From assembly GCF_009914755.1 (NCBI RefSeq), contig NC_060948.1: a stretch of 64,000 nt of DNA; one strand, written 5' to 3'. The translations under genes and the position numbers were made by a program. Under the pieces are notes generated by a model that was not told where the DNA came from, did no database searches, and was given only the letters and a program-made list of their open reading frames with translations. Positions 1 to 18,275 of this stretch are shown in pieces. Source of the stretch: the human T2T-CHM13v2.0 reference genome, Homo sapiens. Position 1 is the first letter of the stretch. Every line of letters begins with the position of its first letter.

Positions 1-315
1 GATATTATCAATACAAAAACTGAAATCCACAAAAACATTTCAAAAGGCTATTTGTACAGGAGTCATCTATGACCAGTAATGCTGGTTTTTAGGGATGGAA
101 AACGTTCTTGCATTCTCAAGCACAGCACATTCTTCTTTCTTTCAAGAAGGGAACATTTAGGAGAGACTGCCCAAGTTAACTGGGCTTTTGCTCATCTAAC
201 CTATAGGAAGTTCCTTGGGGCTTGTGAAATGATTAATAAATGCAATGAAAACAAGCAAATATGTAAGGTATGGGTTTCAAAAATACAATTATGTAGAATC
301 AGGTTTATAAATATT

Positions 316-632
316 GCTCAGCAGCATGGCTCATGCCTGTAATCCCAACATTTTGGGAAGTCAAGGTGGGAAGATGGCTTCAGCCCAGGGGTTCTAGACC
401 AGCCTGGGCAACATAGTGAGGCCCCATCTCTACTAAAAATTAAAATGAAAAAAATAGCTGGGCATGGTGGGACATGCCAATGGTCCTAGCTACTTACAAG
501 GCTGAGGCAGGAGGATTGCTTGAGCCCAGGAGTTCAAGGCTGCAGTGAGCTATGATTATGCCACTGCACTGCAGCCTGGGTGACAAGAATGAGACCCTGT
601 CTCCAGAAAAATTTAAAAATAAATAAATAAAA
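316..632 (+). mobile_element. Alu SINE (AluJ-like)
   Basis: GGCTCATGCCTGTAATCCCA...GGAGGATTGCTTGAGCCCAGGAGTTCAAGGCTGCAGTGAGCTATGAT...; A-rich tail. Confidence 0.95.
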
Positions 633-1359
633 AGGTTTATAGAGATAGAAGAAGGCAAGTTGTTTGGAATACAATTATTTCCCTTTAGCATTTTCTCTCA
701 GTTTTTTAATGGTTTTGATATAGGATGTGCTAAATACGTTAACTTCCATGTTCAACATATTAACATATGAGAATCATTTCCTTAAAGCAAAGGGAAATAA
801 GAACCATAGCATGTTGGCATGTGTCCTCAGTTCACAAAGAACATACATTTCACCGTTCAAAACATGTGACATTGAAACAACACAAGCAGCCTGCATTCTT
901 AGCTGTGTTTGCACCTGCTCATAAACCCACAGAACTGGAAGGCAATGTAGCAAACACACAGTCAAACCTCCCACAAGGCCTGTGAGCAGTGTTCACTAAA
1001 ATCAGCATGGCTTGAGTTATAGGTACCTGTTTTGAAATTTGGTTGGCCTCCCAAGTTATGGAACGGAATATGTTTGCATAGGTTTATAGAACAATAGGAC
1101 TAGGAAAAAAACTCAGGCCAAGCCATGTTTTTCCTAATTCTGTCTAGGAATAAATGCATGAATCCTAAAATGCTTTCAAGACTTTGCAGTGTTACAATTT
1201 CTTATTAGGAGCTTGGACTTCTAATCACTTTCAAAAGATGTCTCAAGTGTCATGGCTGATCCAATAGAGGTCAAAACACAAAACAAGCTTAAAGAAAGCA
1301 AAAACCTGTCTACAATAGCTTAAGATTCAGTGTAGAAGTAATACTTTAAAATATATTTA

Positions 1360-1570
1360 GCAGTTCGAGACCTGACATGGCAACATGGTGAAACCATATC
1401 TCTGTAAAAAAAATACAAATTAGCTGGCATGATGGTGAGTGTCTGTGGTCTCAGCTGCTGGGGAGGCTGAGATGAGAGAATCAACTGAGGCCCCAGAGGT
1501 TGAGGCTGCATTAAGCTGTGATTGTGCCATTGCACTGCAGCCTAGATGAGTGAGACCCTGTCTCAAAATA
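1360..1570 (+). mobile_element. 5'-truncated Alu
   Basis: GTTCGAGACC...AACATGGTGAAACC...GAGGCTGCA...GAGACCCTGTCTCAAAA. Confidence 0.9.
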
Positions 1571-1895
1571 TATATATATATAAATTTATAAATGTTATAA
1601 ATATACAATTATATATTTTTAAATTATATATAAGTATATAGTATAAATAATGTTTTTATAGTTGTGTAAAGTTTATACAATTTTATAAATGTAGATATTT
1701 CATTTACACAAATAAAAATATATATTATTGGTAATTATGTAAAATTTATAAATATAAGTATATATACATACCTATGTCTATAAATACATAGAAATATTAT
1801 ATAATTCTACATATTTATATATAATTGTCAATTTATAAATATAAATACATTTATACATAAATATATGTATATGTTTATATATATTTAAATATAAC
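1570..1895. repeat. AT-rich low-complexity / degenerate (TA)n
   Basis: Almost exclusively A/T with TATA runs. Confidence 0.9.
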
Positions 1896-3939
1896 AGGGA
1901 AAACAGTGTCCCTTTTTTTTAGGTGCTAAAACTTGGTTTTGAAATTTTATTTAAAAAAATTTGCAAACATATAAAATTTAGGATGAAAAACACTCATTTT
2001 AAAATGTAATAACTTAATATTTGCAAACATACACAGATGGTATAAAATCCATACCATTAAAAATGTTAATGATACAGTTTTGTGCTCATGGAACAAAAAC
2101 CTTGCTGTAATTCCAGAGCTTCTCATCCCCACCTTTCAGGGAGCTGAGAATCTGGTAAAATGAAAGTCATGAAAGCCACATGGCCAAAGCAGTAATACAG
2201 AATAAAAAAAATTTAGAACACATATTTTAAAAACCTGTTTCTTAGGGAATCACATGGATGAAAAGGAAACACAATTCTGCATTTTCCCTACTTCGAAGTG
2301 AATGATATTGCATCTTAGCATTTTAAATGAAGGTGTCAAATACAAAACCGAGGGAACTGCTGAACACATCTGCTGAATTTGCTGAAAAAGACGCTCCTCG
2401 AGGCCCTGGTCCACTCGGAAACGTTCTCAAACACAGCTATAAAAAAGCCTAGTGTAAGCCGCTTGACTTTGCTCGGATCTTAACATTTTAGAGACTTGGC
2501 AACACAGGGCATGATTAGTTCCAGAAGATATACTGAACGCAATTGAAGAAAACCCAATGGAGGCAAGAAAGAAAAACGTGCTCTGCAGCAAACATGCAGT
2601 CGAGACGCAGGACGCGCACCCCAGTGATTCCTCAATTCCCCTCACTCACACGGGCTGAGCCCACTCGTGTCTGTGCCCACCTCTCATTCCTCTCAGAGTT
2701 AAAGTATGACGGATGATTTTCTTTCTTGAGCAGTTAGGCACCTTCAATTTCATGTTACATTATTAGTAATACAATGGGATTTCACATGGTCCTGTTAAGG
2801 TTTCCATCAATACTCTTCAATGGCTTCTGGTTTTCAACAAATCAAGTGCATGCTTCCTGCTTTTGTGGTAAGGTCCTCAAACATGCGCCCCTGCCTACTT
2901 CCATGACTTATGATTTCTTACCCCGCCCTTCACAACACCCACACTAAGTGGCTTGTCTTTCCACGCGCCGGCCCCACACCTTGCTTCCTTTACCACATGT
3001 ATGTCCTCACGCTATTTGTTCTCTATGCGTTTGTGTGCAAATAAAATCCATTCTCTAATGCTGGGCATGCATGGGTCTTCCTCCATGAGATTTCGTGAAG
3101 GAAATCTTACATACTATTGGTGTTGATTGCATTGATTGATCAATTCACAGTCCCAGAGACATATTCTATAGAGGAGTTGAGTAAAACACCAATTAACACG
3201 GACTTCCAGACTGTCTACCCCAAACGTTGCCTTCTTGAAAGAAGGATTTCGTAGAGAAAACTCTCCCCCCAGCTCCCTCTGTGTGTGGTTCATATACCTC
3301 CTAGCCAGGTACAAGGCATGCCACCTTGTAATGCTCCTTCCTGCCTTATTTCTCCCACATACTGTGGTCCTGCATGCACCTGGCTAATGGGCCAACCCTC
3401 AAAGCTGCTGAAACGCCAGCCTAAGCCACGCATGAGGTAACCCATTTTCAGAACGGTCGTTCCAGACACATGGTGCCCAGATGGGAGCCGCAGTTTGACC
3501 TTCCATTTTTAAAATTTGCTTCCACTACAGAAATTAAAGTTCAAATAACCAAAGCTTACAGGGAGCCTGTTTATAGTTAATATCATTGGTTAAGATTAGA
3601 GATGATCTAATTCCTTAACCATAGATGTATTCTCCAAACGCATGAGCACAGAAAGGAAAATAGTGTGCAGGCAGCTGTTAAATTGCTCCCCGATGACTTC
3701 CCCTCTGCCATGTGAACTCTCTTCCTTTGACATGGTCTGACTAGTCTTGTACTAAAAATAAAATCTCCCTTATATGAACAAAATACAAAATATTCCTTTT
3801 TCTTTCTCTTTCAAGAGCCCTCTGGATTTTGTGTTAGCTTTATTTAAGAGATTTTTCTTCCTTTTGTGGCACAATGATCAGAATTAAGATTGATATTTAC
3901 ATTAAATTACATTACAAGATTTACTAAAATGTAGATTAT

Positions 3940-4102
3940 CATGTCATAAATATATATCATATGTATATGTATCATATATATCATACATATATGATATATG
4001 TGTCATATGTCATACATATATGTATCATATATATCATACATATGATACATGTATCATATATCATACACATATGTATCATATATATCATGCATATATATAT
4101 AT
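3940..4102. repeat. Degenerate (CATATA)n / (TA)n repeat
   Basis: Repeated ATCATATAT units. Confidence 0.9.
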
Positions 4103-4117
4103 TAGATAGAAGAAATT

Positions 4118-4722
4118 ATAGCCAGGTGCAACAGCTCATACCTGCAATCCCAGAGTTTTGGGAGGCCAAGGCAGGAGGGTTGCTTGAGGCCTGGAGTTCA
4201 GCTTAAGCAATGTCTCTATCTCTACAAAATAAATTTTATTATTTTTTTAAATTATCTTTTTTTTTTTTGAGATAGAGTCTCACTCTGTTGCACAGGCTGG
4301 AGTGCAGTGTTTCAATCTTGGCTCACTGCAACCTCCACTGCCTGGGTTCAAGTGATTCTCCTGCCTCAGCCTCCTGAGTAGCTGAGACTATGGGCATGCA
4401 CCAGCATGCCCGTCTAATTTTTGTATTTTTAGTTGAGACAGGGTTTAACCATGTTGGCCAGTCTTGTCTTGAACTCCTGACCTTTTGATCTGCCTGCCTT
4501 GGCCTCACAAAGTGCTTGGATTACAGGCATGAACCACTGTACACAGCCCAAAATAAATTTTAAATATTAGCCGACCATGGTGGCATGCATCTGTAGTCCC
4601 AGCTACGTGGGAGGCTGAGGCAGGAGGATCACTTGAGTTCAGGAGGTCAAGGCTGCAGGAGCCATGATTGCACTACTGCACTCCAGCCTGGGCAATGGAG
4701 CTAGACCCCACCTCTTAAAAGA
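4118..4722 (+). mobile_element. AluJ-like element split by a nested antisense Alu
   Basis: Left arm 4118-4225 and right arm 4563-4722 flank an inverted Alu. Confidence 0.9.
4239..4548 (-). mobile_element. Alu (AluS-like) nested in the Alu linker
   Basis: Poly-T then reverse-complement Alu; TSD CAAAATAAATTTTA at 4225-4238 and 4549-4562. Confidence 0.95.
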
Positions 4723-5514
4723 AAACCATGATGTCTAAGTCTTAAGAAAAATTTAATTATTCACAAGCAATCATATTGCCTTAGCATTCATGGCAACGGT
4801 GCATTAATAACGTTGGTTTATTAGAGCTGTTCAAACTTGAATGGAAGAGGTACAAGACTAAAGTCAATGATTATGGGTTTTCACTTCTCCTTTTCATGAG
4901 TGGTGGCTACACCAAAAGCCCAGACTTTACCACTATGCAATCTGTGCTTGTTAGAAATCTGCACTTGTACCCCTGAAATACATTGAAAAAATAAATAATA
5001 ATTAAATGAAAAGTGTCAAATTTAACTTTTCTTCACAGGATTTCTCCATAAGATCTTTGGCACTTTGGTCAGTTTATCCAAACTTCAAACATTCCAGATT
5101 TCTAGGGGTACATCATGGAATTTCTAAGGGTACATCAAGGTATTGTAAGTATATGGTCCTGTCCCTAAAAGAAAAATGACACAGTTAAGATGACAAATTT
5201 GTAACATACACATATAAAGACACACATTCATAGTATGTCTATACATGTTATAAGCTTACAAATCTACATAGCAAAAGTGCATCTACATCGCAAAAGTGCA
5301 TGTACATCAAAGCAACCCATGAAACAGTAGATTATACATATTATAAGCATACACCTGTGTCTATACATGTTATAAGCATGCAAATCTACTAGCAAAAGTG
5401 TATCTACATCAAAGCAACCTGTGAAATAGTAGATTCAAACAAATGAAGGAATAAATTTTTTTGGAGAGGATGGGAAGCGGGGTCGGGGATGGTATATTTG
5501 TCAGCTTGGGCTGC

Positions 5515-5856
5515 TGTATTAGTCTGTTCTCATGCTGCTAATAAAGACGTTCTTGAAACTGGGTAATTTATAAAGGAAATAAGTTAATGGACTCACAGTT
5601 CGACATGGCTTGGGAGGCCTCACAATCATGGCAGAAGATGAAGGGATGTCTTACATGGCAGACAAGAGAGCTTGTGCAGGGGAACTCCCATTTATAAAAC
5701 CATCAGATCTCATGAGACTTACTCACTACCATGAGAACACTATGGAGAAAACTGCCCCCCATGATTCAATTATCTCCACCTGGCCCTGCTCTTGACATGT
5801 GGGGATTATTACAATTCCAGGTGAGATTTGGGTAGTGACACAGCCAAACAATATCA
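5515..5856 (-). mobile_element. THE1 (ERVL-MaLR) solo LTR inserted in an MLT1 LTR
   Basis: TGTATTAGTCTGTTCTCATGCTGCTAATAAAGAC...CACAGCCAAACAATATCA; 5-bp TSD GCTGC/GCTGT; MLT1 sequence on both sides (5492-5514, 5857-6105). Confidence 0.9.
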
Positions 5857-6107
5857 GCTGTGATAACAATATATCATAGAGTGAGTGGCTTATAAACAGC
5901 CAGTATTTATTGCTCACAGCTCTGGAAGCTGGAAGTTCACGACCATAGCATGGCAGCTTTGGTGTCTGGTGAGGACTTGTAGATGCCTGCTTTTTTCCTG
6001 TGCCCTCACATGGCTTTTTCTCAGTGTGTGTGAAAGAGAGAGAGAGAGAGAGAGATGGAGGGAGAGAGAGAGAGAGAGAGCTCTGTTGTGCCTCCTATGA
6101 GGGCACC

Positions 6108-6482
6108 ATAATAGTTCATTTTATAGGTCAATTTGACTGAGCCACAGGATGCCAAGATATTTGGTTAAACATTGTTTCTGAATGTGTCTGTGAAGGTGTT
6201 TTTAGAAGGGATATTAGCATTTGAATTGGTGGAATAATTAAGGCAGATTATCCCCCTTATATGGTTAGGTATTCAATTTGTTGCAGGCCTCACTAGACCA
6301 AAACGTTGACAGGAAGTTGAATTAACTATCTGCGTCCTTGCCCTGAGACGCTGATCTCTTCCTTAGCTCTCCTGGTTCTCAGACCTTCAGGATCTGACTG
6401 AAATCTACCCTGGAATCTATAACACAGTCTCTCCTGGGTCTCCAGTTGTAGATAGTGGGTCAGTTTTCAGCCTCCATAATTG
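6108..6482 (+). mobile_element. MLT2 (ERVL) LTR fragment
   Basis: GTCAATTTGACTGAGCCACAGGATGCCAAGATATTTGGTTAAACATT...CAGCCTCCATAAT. Confidence 0.8.
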
Positions 6483-6606
6483 CCCAGGATGGAGTGCAGT
6501 GGCACAATCATACCTCATTGCAACCTCAACTTCCGGGTATCAAGTAATCCTCCAGTCTCAGTCTCCCTGAGTAGCTGGGACTAGTCATGTGCCTGCACAC
6601 CCAGCT
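6483..6606 (-). mobile_element. Alu right-arm fragment
   Basis: CCCAGGATGGAGTGCAGTGGCACAATC...GAGTAGCTGGGACTA. Confidence 0.85.
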
Positions 6607-7159
6607 GTGTATTTCATCTTATAAGGATATAAAATTATATCATTCATCTTCTTGTTGACTTCTTGTAACCACCATGAAAGCATGACTCTTGTCTGTCTTA
6701 TCCTCTTCCCTATGTCCAGAACTTGGCACATACTAGCAGCTCTACAATTAGTTGTTGCATAAATGGCAAATTTATTTTTTTTAGGGAGTATTGCATTCTC
6801 TGCCTAGAAGTCCCTGCCCCCTCTCCCTTCCCCAGAAGGAAACTTCTTACTGGCTAAGATGCTGTTCTAACCTCAGTGCTTCCAAAGGAGCCTCAGCAAG
6901 TCAGGGGCTATCACTTAAAACGTATTTATCCCCAAATTCAGATATGATTTGTTTCAAGGAATGCACTGCAAGTATTTACAGAATGAACCATTGAAGCAGG
7001 AAAAGGAACTGGCATGAGCAAATTCTCTGTTTCTGTTACAATATAAGAGGTTGTGTCAGTCAGAGCTATTGGCACATAACAAAGAATCCAAATATGCAGT
7101 GGGTTAAAAAAATCTATGTTATATACTCACCATCCTTTGGGACAAAAATTCAGGCTGTA

Positions 7160-7285
7160 CTCAATGGGTGCTCTGAGATCTACCAAGTAGAGGCCCAGAA
7201 TGATGCTGAGAATCCTACAATGCACATGGCAGCTTCCATGACAAATAATTTTCTGGCCCCAACTGTCAATGGTGCGAGTGCTCAA
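7160..7285 (+). mobile_element. MER20 (hAT) fragment
   Basis: GTAGAGGCCCAGAATGATGCTGAGAATCCTACAATGCACA...TGTCAATGGTGC. Confidence 0.65.
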
Positions 7286-7334
7286 CAACAACAAAAACCT
7301 ACATCTTCTAAGTCCAAGTTTATTAGGTACATTT

Positions 7335-7481
7335 CTTTTCTTTTCTTTTTTGACTTTATTTTACTTTTTTTTTTTTTAAATAATGAAATGCCTCACGAAT
7401 TTACCTGTCATCATTGCATGGGCCTTTCTAATATTATCTGTATCATCCCAATTTTAGTATATATGTTGCCAAAGTCAGCAC
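7335..7481 (-). pseudogene. U6 snRNA processed pseudogene (L1-mediated retrocopy) with poly-A tail
   Basis: Reverse complement of 7378-7481 begins GTGCTGACTTTGGCAACATATATACTAAAATTGGGATGATACAGA and matches U6 over its full length; T-rich tail 7335-7377; TSD ATTAGGTACATTT at 7322-7334 and 7482-7494. Confidence 0.95.
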
Positions 7482-8014
7482 ATTAGGTACATTTTTAACC
7501 TTCGAAGTCTTCCAAGTCACTGCAGGCTACAGTTTTACTCTTCCAACACAACATACCACTGGTTACCATTTTTTTTCCTAGCCTTCGGTAGCAGTTACCT
7601 TACTATTTTCCCAAACTTCATTCACCACTCAGTTTCAAAGCCAATGAAACATGTTTTAAGCTTTGGTATAATAGGAACCCCCACCCACTTCAGTATGAAT
7701 TTTGGGATCTGTTACCTATTTTTTGATATAAAATCAACTGCAAGTTTAGTGCCTCAGTATCACAAACACTGTATTTGCTCATATGTCTGTGAATCAATAA
7801 CTTGGACTGGGTTCAGTTGGGCAGTTCTTCTATTGGTCTTGCCTGGGGTCTTTAATGCAGCTTCCATTTTCTGGCAGCTTGATGAGACTGGATGGTCTAA
7901 GGTACATTCATGAACACATCTGTTTGGTGGACTTGTCTGTCAGCCTCGAGTACTGAGGCCACCCCATATGAAGAAGCCAGGGTAGCCTTTTTGAAATGAG
8001 TCACCGTGAGAAAG

Positions 8015-8260
8015 ATTCAGCTGACAGCCAGCACCAATGGCCAGCCATGTGAGTAGGCTCCCAGTTTACACCATCCATTTTCAGTCAAACTGTCAGAGGA
8101 CTGAGACCATGTAAGCGACCTTCACGAAGACCCACAGAAGAACCATCCAGCTGAGCTCAGCCTGAAATTTTTGACCCAAAGAATGATGCACAAATAGAAC
8201 GGTGATTGTCTTTAGCTCCTAAGTGTTGGGGTGTTTGTTACACAGCAATAGATAATGGAT
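8015..8260 (+). mobile_element. Old MLT1 (H/J-like) LTR fragment
   Basis: CAGCTGACAGCCAGCACCAA...GCCATGTGAGT...TAAGTGTTGGGGTGTTTGTTACACAGCAATAGATAA. Confidence 0.7.
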
Positions 8261-9939
8261 ATGGCTCCATGGAAATATGGAAGCTCCCACTCCTATATTT
8301 ATAAGTAGTTCCAACATGGAAAAGAAGCTCACTATTGATTCTGTGAGGCTAAAACTTACGTGAAGGTAGTAGAAAGCCAGTGAGCAAGTGGTGGCTGGTT
8401 TGAGCTAAAGTGCCTCCTCAGGGAAGCATACCCTTCCTAAATTGCTGCATTGTGGGTCTGGACCAAGGTGAGCTTGGGTTTCGAGGGCAGTTCCCTTACA
8501 GCAGGGGAAGTTACACACAGTGAAATAGACTTACAGTCACTCGTTGCTTAATGATGAGGAAAGAAGATTGTTCATTTTTTATTTATTTGGTATTAAATCA
8601 CTGAATATTTTTTATATGTACAAGTCTTCTGAGACTACTTAATATACTATTTTGACCTTTCTTCTTTAAAAGCATAAAGTCATATTTTTTTCCTAAAGGT
8701 AGAAATCTGGAAGAGATTTAAATGATGATCAAAACAGCAAATCCATGAATTTTTAATGGTTTCTAAACTTGAATGGTTTCTAAACTTGGTTTCTAAAATC
8801 AGATTTTGACTCCCTGGCCTTGCACAAATTCTTATTTTTTCTTCAACTCATCTAAGATTTAATTTTATATGATGCATAGCTTTTCCTTCCAATTATATTT
8901 AACCTCTTTGTAACATTTCAAAAATATACAAATAATCTAAAGGATCATTTTAAACTTTCTTTCCCCCGGCACAGGACATACTTAAAAAATATGATTTAAA
9001 CCGGGTGATGATTTTCTAGAAAAAATTTATCGCAATCACAAGGAAGGAATTGAGCAAATTGAGGGCAACATAGGGAAATGAAAATTAAGTTCACAATTCA
9101 TAAGTAAATGTAAAATTAAGTTTACCTTTCTTTCTATGTAAGTCAATAAAAAGTTAGCAAATATTAGTAAAATTCCCCCAAAGGTCCCTACCCTACATAA
9201 ATGCATGTGTGTGTGTACAGAAGCATTGTAATGAAACACTTAATCTCCTTTGCCCTTAACTAGAACCAGATGCCTTGGGAAGGAGGTTGAGGCGGGCTAG
9301 CTGAAGAACTTCTACTGTATTGCAAATTACGCTGAAGGGACTTTCAGAAATGAGCTACTTTTCCCCATCTCCTTTCAGCAGTTTTCTGGAGCTGGAAATG
9401 AAAAACCTGTACCCCTGACTTACTGGACCTTAGGATTTAAAAATCACCACCTTCATTTATCATTCCTTCATTGGCAGTTGTAAAGGGAACTAAGTAGTCT
9501 ATTCATTTACTCAAATAGTTATTCAGCGCTACCATTTACCAGCATCATGCCAGGTAAGACCCCTGAGCCTCTAGGTGCTTTCTATATGTGTGGTGGGGGA
9601 GTGGACACATAAACAACAATCATCATGGACATGGTGTGTGATGGGTGCAGGGGACAGGGAGGGGCCTCAGGGAAGCTGGGCTGGCCAGAGGGCAGGCAGA
9701 AAGTGGTGTTAGGGCGAAGAGACAGAGGCGGTGAGAAAAGCTGTTCCCGGAAACACCCCCTAGGAGTGATTAGATTTGAAGGGTGGGTAGGAAGTGGATG
9801 AGGCCAGTCAGTGAATGTCCTTGTTTACCATTTCACTCATTTTCCAAAAAAAAAGTGTTTCATTTAAAATGTTGGTACATTTTATAAATCTCTATCTCTC
9901 AGTCTTTCTCTGCATATATCAACATACATATAATAATAA

Positions 9940-10410
9940 AGAGATGAGAATAAATAGAATCGATAGATAAAATATAATAGATGACAGACAGCTTATATTG
10001 ATTAGACAGATAATGATAGATGATACATAGATTCAATAGATAGATAGATAGATAGATAAATAAATATATAGATAATGACCGATAATAGATTCAGTAGATG
10101 GATGGTTGGATAGACAGATAGATATTGATAGATGATAGATTCAATAGATGAATGGATGGATGGATAGATATATGATAGATACATAGATAATGATAGATGA
10201 TTAGATTCAGTAGATGTCTGGTTGGATAGCTAGGTATGTGATAGACAGATAAGGATAGATGATAGATTCAGTAGATGGATGGATAGATGATAAATAGCTA
10301 GCTAGCTACACAGGTACATTCAATACATGAATGAACGGATGGATAAATGGATGAATAGATGGATGGATAGGTATAGAAAGATGATGGATAGATGAATAGA
10401 TAGGTAGATA
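9940..10410. repeat. Compound (GATA)n/(GGAT)n microsatellite
   Basis: Imperfect GATA and TGGA arrays. Confidence 0.95.
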
Positions 10411-10604
10411 ATTTTACCAGCTTTAAAAAATTTCAACAAATATCTAGCTTACCATTTTTATATTTCATATGGTTTTTTGATAATTTATATTTTTTATGGA
10501 TAGTTTAAACAGCTTTTGAAGACTTCAAGCAAATATTCATTGACTTTTAGATTTTGTTTTTCTATTAGCTTTCTGAGAATGTCTAATTTATCTGCTTTCC
10601 CAGA

Positions 10605-11570
10605 GTCATTACAGCACTATTCACAATAGCCAGAATGTGGAGCCAACCAAAGTGTCTATCAGTGGATGAATGAGTAAAGAAAATGTGGTTTGTATACACA
10701 ATGGAATGCTATTAAGTCTTAAAGAAAGAAGTGTTAGCATTTGCAACAACATGGATGAACCTGGAGGACATTATGCTAAGTGAAATAAGCCAGGCACAGA
10801 ATGACTGTTCTGTGCAGGAGATGTGCAAGGGGAGAAGAAAAGACACACACACAATACCTTTAAGGGTAAACAACCTTTATCCCATGTAAATGGCAATGGA
10901 GATATAATAAGCAAGTGATATAATAAGCAAATTGATATAATAAGCAAATTGCAATGGGAAGGGGAGAGGGAAAAGATATATATATATCATACATATATAC
11001 ACTCATATCACGTATATCATATATATATATTTACATATACTCAACATATATAATATATATTATACCCTATATATATTATATATAATATATATTATACCCT
11101 ATATATATATTATATATAATATATATTATACTCAACATATATATTATACCCAATATATATATTATATATATAATATATATACTCAACAGACTACGGATGA
11201 TTCATCACCAGACTGGGAAGCAACTGCCTGGGATTCAAAGTCGGCCACCTGTCTGTGCACAGACAAGGAGTGGTCTCATGAAACTCTGGCACAGTCTGGG
11301 GCCCTAGCTCTTTTTGTAATGAGTTGTTTGGCATGAGGCCCAGTCATGAGAGCCGATCGTGACTGGGCTCAAGGGACACAAGAAAAGTCAACTTGTTTTT
11401 GCAATTATCTTTCAATAACTATTTCTCCATAACAGCACTGGATAAATGCCTCAAGGGACTCACACAACCTTTTCCGGGACTTGGTGACCATTGTTTGTGT
11501 CCATGTTCAATTGAGTTCGAATTTATGTATTTAACTTTTCCTCCGTAATGACACATACTGCATGATCTCA
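10605..11570 (+). mobile_element. L1M 3'-region fragment interrupted by an LTR
   Basis: CAGCACTATTCACAATAGCC...ACATGGATGAACCTGGAGGACATTATGCTAAGTGAAATAAGCCAGGCACAGA, resuming as ACATACTGCATGATCTCA after the LTR. Confidence 0.85.
10806..11547 (-). mobile_element. Solo ERV LTR (LTR32-like; family name tentative) with internal (TA)n expansion
   Basis: Termini TGTTCTGTGC...TTAACTTTTCCTCCGTA; 5-bp TSD ATGAC at 10801-10805 and 11548-11552; TA-rich tract 10975-11185. Confidence 0.8.
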
Positions 11571-11594
11571 GATATGAAATCTTTGTATTATTTA

Positions 11595-11775
11595 GTTCAA
11601 GATTCTCAATGTGGGTGCTGTTGACACTTGGGGCTGGAGGAGGCTCTGTGGTGTGGCTGTACTGTGCACTTGTAGGGTGTTGAGCAGCATCCCTGGGCTC
11701 CACCCACCAGAAGCAAGGAACATCCACTCTCCAATCATAACACAAAATGTCTCCAGAGGTTGCAAATGGCTCCTG
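11595..11775 (-). mobile_element. MER20 (hAT-Charlie) DNA transposon
   Basis: CTGTGCACTTGTAGGGTGTTGAGCAGCATCCCTGGGCTCCACCCACCAGA...AATGTCTCCAGA. Confidence 0.85.
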
Positions 11776-11920
11776 ATGGTTTGAAAGTCAAAGACAGTAC
11801 ATGCTCAAGACTTAACATACATTTCAAAATGACTTCAAAAGAAACTCAGAAAAAATAAATCATCATCTAGGAATCAGGTGCCCACTTAGGAGCCCTTGGT
11901 GAGAGGAAAAGAGATATCTC

Positions 11921-12332
11921 AGCTGGGCTCAGTAGCTCACTCTTGTAATTCCAGCATGTTGGGAGGCTGAGGTGGGTGGATTACTTGAGTTCCAGAGTTC
12001 TAGACCAGCTTGGGCAACTTTGCAAAACCTGCTCTCTATAAAAAATACAAAAGTGAGCCAGGTGTGGTGGCATGTGCCTTGAGTCTCAGCTATTTGGGAG
12101 GCTGAGTCAGGAGGATTGCTTGAGCCCGGGAGTATGAGACCAGCCTGGGCTATCCATACAAAAAATAAAAATAATTAGCCAGGAATGGTGGTGCATCCCT
12201 GTAGTATCAGCTACTCAGGAGGCTGAGGTAGGAGGATTGTTTAAGGCTGGGAGGTTGAGGCTGCAGTGAGCCATGATTGCACCACTGCACTGCAGCCTGA
12301 GTGAGATCATGTCTTAAAAAACAAAAAAAAAG
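11921..12332 (+). mobile_element. Trimeric/compound Alu (three monomers)
   Basis: Left arm, a second monomer ending GAGACCAGCCTGGGC, then a right arm with A tail. Confidence 0.85.
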
Positions 12333-18133
<5,801 letters not shown>

Positions 18134-18275
18134 GTATGTCCATCCATGCACAGACCTTGCTGTATTTATCACATTTATCATGTTGATTTTATGGATGAAC
18201 ATCTTCCTTTAGTTCCCTGTCCAATCCAGCTGGATTTCATTCAGCCCTCCTTGGTTAGCACAATAAGCACGCTTT

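Noticed and set aside
8755-8798. AATGGTTTCTAAACTTG repeated about 2.5 times
   Set aside because: Ordinary slippage micro-duplication.
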